Positions 60,883 to 64,000 of a stretch of 64,000 nt of DNA are shown here, piece after piece (the first letter of the stretch is position 1; each line of letters begins with the position of its first letter). Origin of the DNA: the human T2T-CHM13v2.0 reference genome, Homo sapiens. Below the pieces are notes generated by a model. That model was given only the letters and a program-made list of their open reading frames with translations, did not search any database and had not been told where the DNA came from. The position numbers and the translations under genes are program-made. The stretch lies in assembly GCF_009914755.1 (NCBI RefSeq), contig NC_060930.1, one strand, 5' to 3'.

Positions 60883-62829
60883 CCTCCATCCAATCTCACA
60901 CACACAGCACACAATTAGCTTCCTGGTTCATTAGGATCTGCCCAGAGTTATGCCTCATCAAATGTGGAAATATTTGTCCAGGCAATAAGCAAAATAGCTT
61001 CTTGCTGATCAATTGCTCTTAATATGGTTGTGTAGTACTGTCTCCACCTGTATTTTCAGTGGTGCATTCCTTTTTCTTGCCATCGAAGTCCCTGGTTGGA
61101 CCTTTATTTTATTCAACTGCATGGGGAACATAGCCTCTGTCTGCATTCCTTTGTCTAGGAATAGTGATTCTGCATTCACACATAAAGAAGAAGAGAAAGA
61201 GCTTCTATACAATGGTGTGGAGTGCTATGAAATTTTACTGACACAAGTCTGGGAAGACTGCCTGATCTGTATTTGGAACAATGCTATTTTGTTTAATTTG
61301 ATATATGTGTGGGCTTTTTATTCAAATAGAGTTGAACAGTTTGTTCCAGTGGGGGAAAAAAGGGCTGCTTGTTACAGAAAGGTTATTTATCGTTCACTAT
61401 AACACTTGGCATTCTGAAGAAAATTGTAAGGATTCTCCTTTTGGGGGCTGTATGCTGCTATCCTAGCCTCTGTACAAACAGATAAAGCAAAAGTTGAAGG
61501 AAAGATCCTTGGAGGCTGATATGGGGCATTGTTTTAGATGCCCTCAAATGAAGGTGCTTCTCAGCCTTTAAAAATATTCAGCTACCCATTCCATCACTCA
61601 TTTTTGCAGCTAATTGGACATTTTAAAGTATGAATTCCCACTGCTTCAAAAGATTCAATGCCAACATCAATTAACACCTTCTGGGGGAAAAGTATATAGA
61701 AGAAGAGCTAAAAAAATCTTAGCAGTGTAAGCACAATTGAACTTTGCTATCCCAGGCAATATTTTTATTCAACATTGCTCTAAAATGCTCATTTTTACAC
61801 TGTAATTGCAACTCTTTCTCTTGTTTACTTCCTTGGTCTCAACTCAACTACTGTCCATTCAAACTCAGTTCAACTTTGATTCATTTATAATCAATTTCAG
61901 CTTCTACAGATTACCATACCAGTGACTCACACTGTAGGAGAGAAACATATACTATAGAATTCAGATGCTGTAGACTTTTCTAAGATCAATAAAAATGAAA
62001 AAAATCAATTATATGGAAAGACTGTAACCACATGTCATTTACTTTTCTTTTCATTCAACAAATATTCGCTAACCATATACAATTTGGGGACACTATGATA
62101 CACGACTAAATCTTTTTAAAATAACGTTGTCTATTTGAAAACTTAATAGATTATAATGCAAGTAAAGTCAAATTGAAATTCTTCCATATCTTTTCACTGG
62201 TGGTCCACTAAACCTGGACAGCCAACTCGCATTTATGAATTATCTTATCCTTGATCATTTTACCATGTCATTCTCCTTTCACAGCTGTCCCCAGCCTTTC
62301 TGAAATGTGTTTGTCAGCTAGAGGCCGTATGTGCCACTATGTTTTACCACTTCCACCACCAGACTCGGTGGCCTTCTAGAACTTCAGTAAACATTTATCA
62401 GATTGAACAGTACCCTCCCCTTTCCATGTTCATTAAAACATATATGAAATGAGCATGTTCAACCACAACATTTAATACTATGTGATTCAACAAATTAAGG
62501 ATTAAGAAACAATCACTTCCCCTGGGACCAAAGATCATCAAAGATCACCTAGTGGACAGGGATCAGGAAAAAGTGGAGGTAGACATTTAATTGGACCTTA
62601 AAGGATGATGGAAATGCTAGAACTTAAATAAGAAAATATGCATAGGATATTTAGCATAATTCAGCAGAAGTTGTTATTAAAGAGATTTGGGTATTCTTCC
62701 AAACTATAATCCTAAATTATAGGAGCTACATAGGATTACTCTAAACATAACCTACAAAGCTGCCCTAATGTCTATTAATTCTCTTCCTGGCTTGCAGACA
62801 CTGAAAGTACTCAATGAGAGAGGTTTCTA

Positions 62830-63210
<381 letters not shown>

Positions 63211-63304
63211 AAAAGCATGAATAAAGTGTGATGGAGAGGAATGTGAAGTCATCTTCCATGAAGAAGGTAAAGATTAGTTAGGTAGAAACAGAAGGACCAT
63301 TTGT

Positions 63305-63480
63305 CATAATTAATAATAAAGTGTCATTTATTGAGCACCTATTTTGTGCTAGGCATGATGGTAAGTATTATACATGCTTATCACTATCTTAAAAAAAAAA
63401 AACTGTGGGAATGCAAATGTTTAAGAGGAAACTGAGCCTCCAATAATTACACCATACACCTAATGTCAGGTTAGTGGGTT
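63305..63480 (-). mobile_element. MIR fragment
   Basis: CATTTATTGAGCACCTATTTTGTGCTAGGCA..GAGGAAACTGAG. Confidence 0.7.
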
Positions 63481-64000
63481 TGGGATGGTGAGAGAATGGA
63501 GGATTTTAAACAGAATGACAAGTAGTTTGAATTTAATTTTACAGGGGAGACACAAAGGAAACAGATTCCAGGAAGCCATGGTACAGAGAGAAAGATTTCA
63601 CGCCCTGGTTAGAAGGTCCCTGAGGTAGCCTAGGTTAGAGTGAAAAATGCCTGAATGTTGAAGTTCGCTGTGGATTTGAAAAGGAAAAACAAATCTAAGA
63701 GGAATGTGAGAGAAGGTATTAAAAAGTACTTGACAACATGGTTTCAGGATGAACAGAATAAAAGAGGATAGGAATAGAAGGTTTATCATGTGTCCATGAT
63801 GTGAAATTTGTTCATTCTAACTGTAAAATGTATTGGAAGTCTTGTACATTAATGATTATAACAAATTTGACTATTCTTGGGTCAAATATCATTTCTCTTC
63901 TCACATCATTAATATTTTCAGTTGTGTGGAAACTACCAATCCTTCCACCCTTCTTTTATCCCAAGAACTTGTAATGAATTATAAGTAAGATCAATAATTA

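Noticed and set aside
61013-61402. 129-aa ORF in unique sequence
   Set aside because: TTG start, no recognisable domain, no clear exon boundaries; length compatible with chance

Overview
This is primate (very probably human) non-coding genomic DNA, AT-rich and dominated by transposable elements. I find no supportable host protein-coding gene, RNA gene or CRISPR array, and every ORF with a recognisable product is retroelement- or transposon-derived. Main elements: (1) a nearly complete ancient ERV-L provirus with MLT2 LTRs on the - strand (6270-13359); (2) a 5'-inverted L1PA7-like element (13612-17372); (3) a full-length but inactivated L1PA2 carrying a short 3' transduction (18888-24977); (4) a second L1PA7-like 3' fragment on the - strand (25741-27001); (5) a nested old-L1/L1MA/THE1A/Tigger1 stack (36860-44145); (6) an L2 interrupted by several LTRs and an Alu copy (46520-50150); (7) a repeat-poor, possibly regulatory block (about 56-59 kb). 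I see no new gene system. The most unusual signal is a cluster of local DNA-level copying events: a 147-bp piece of ERV-L pol pasted into gag, a tail-less inverted duplicate of an old AluJ, two inverted L1PA7 copies that share unusual variants, a perfect 20-bp fold-back hairpin, and a 108-bp tandem duplication. There are also three L1-machinery signatures: a 72-bp L1 stub, a 22-nt orphan tag with A-tail and TSD, and a 17-nt 3' transduction. All repeat family names come from recalled consensus sequences, not from a database search, and boundaries of old elements are approximate.
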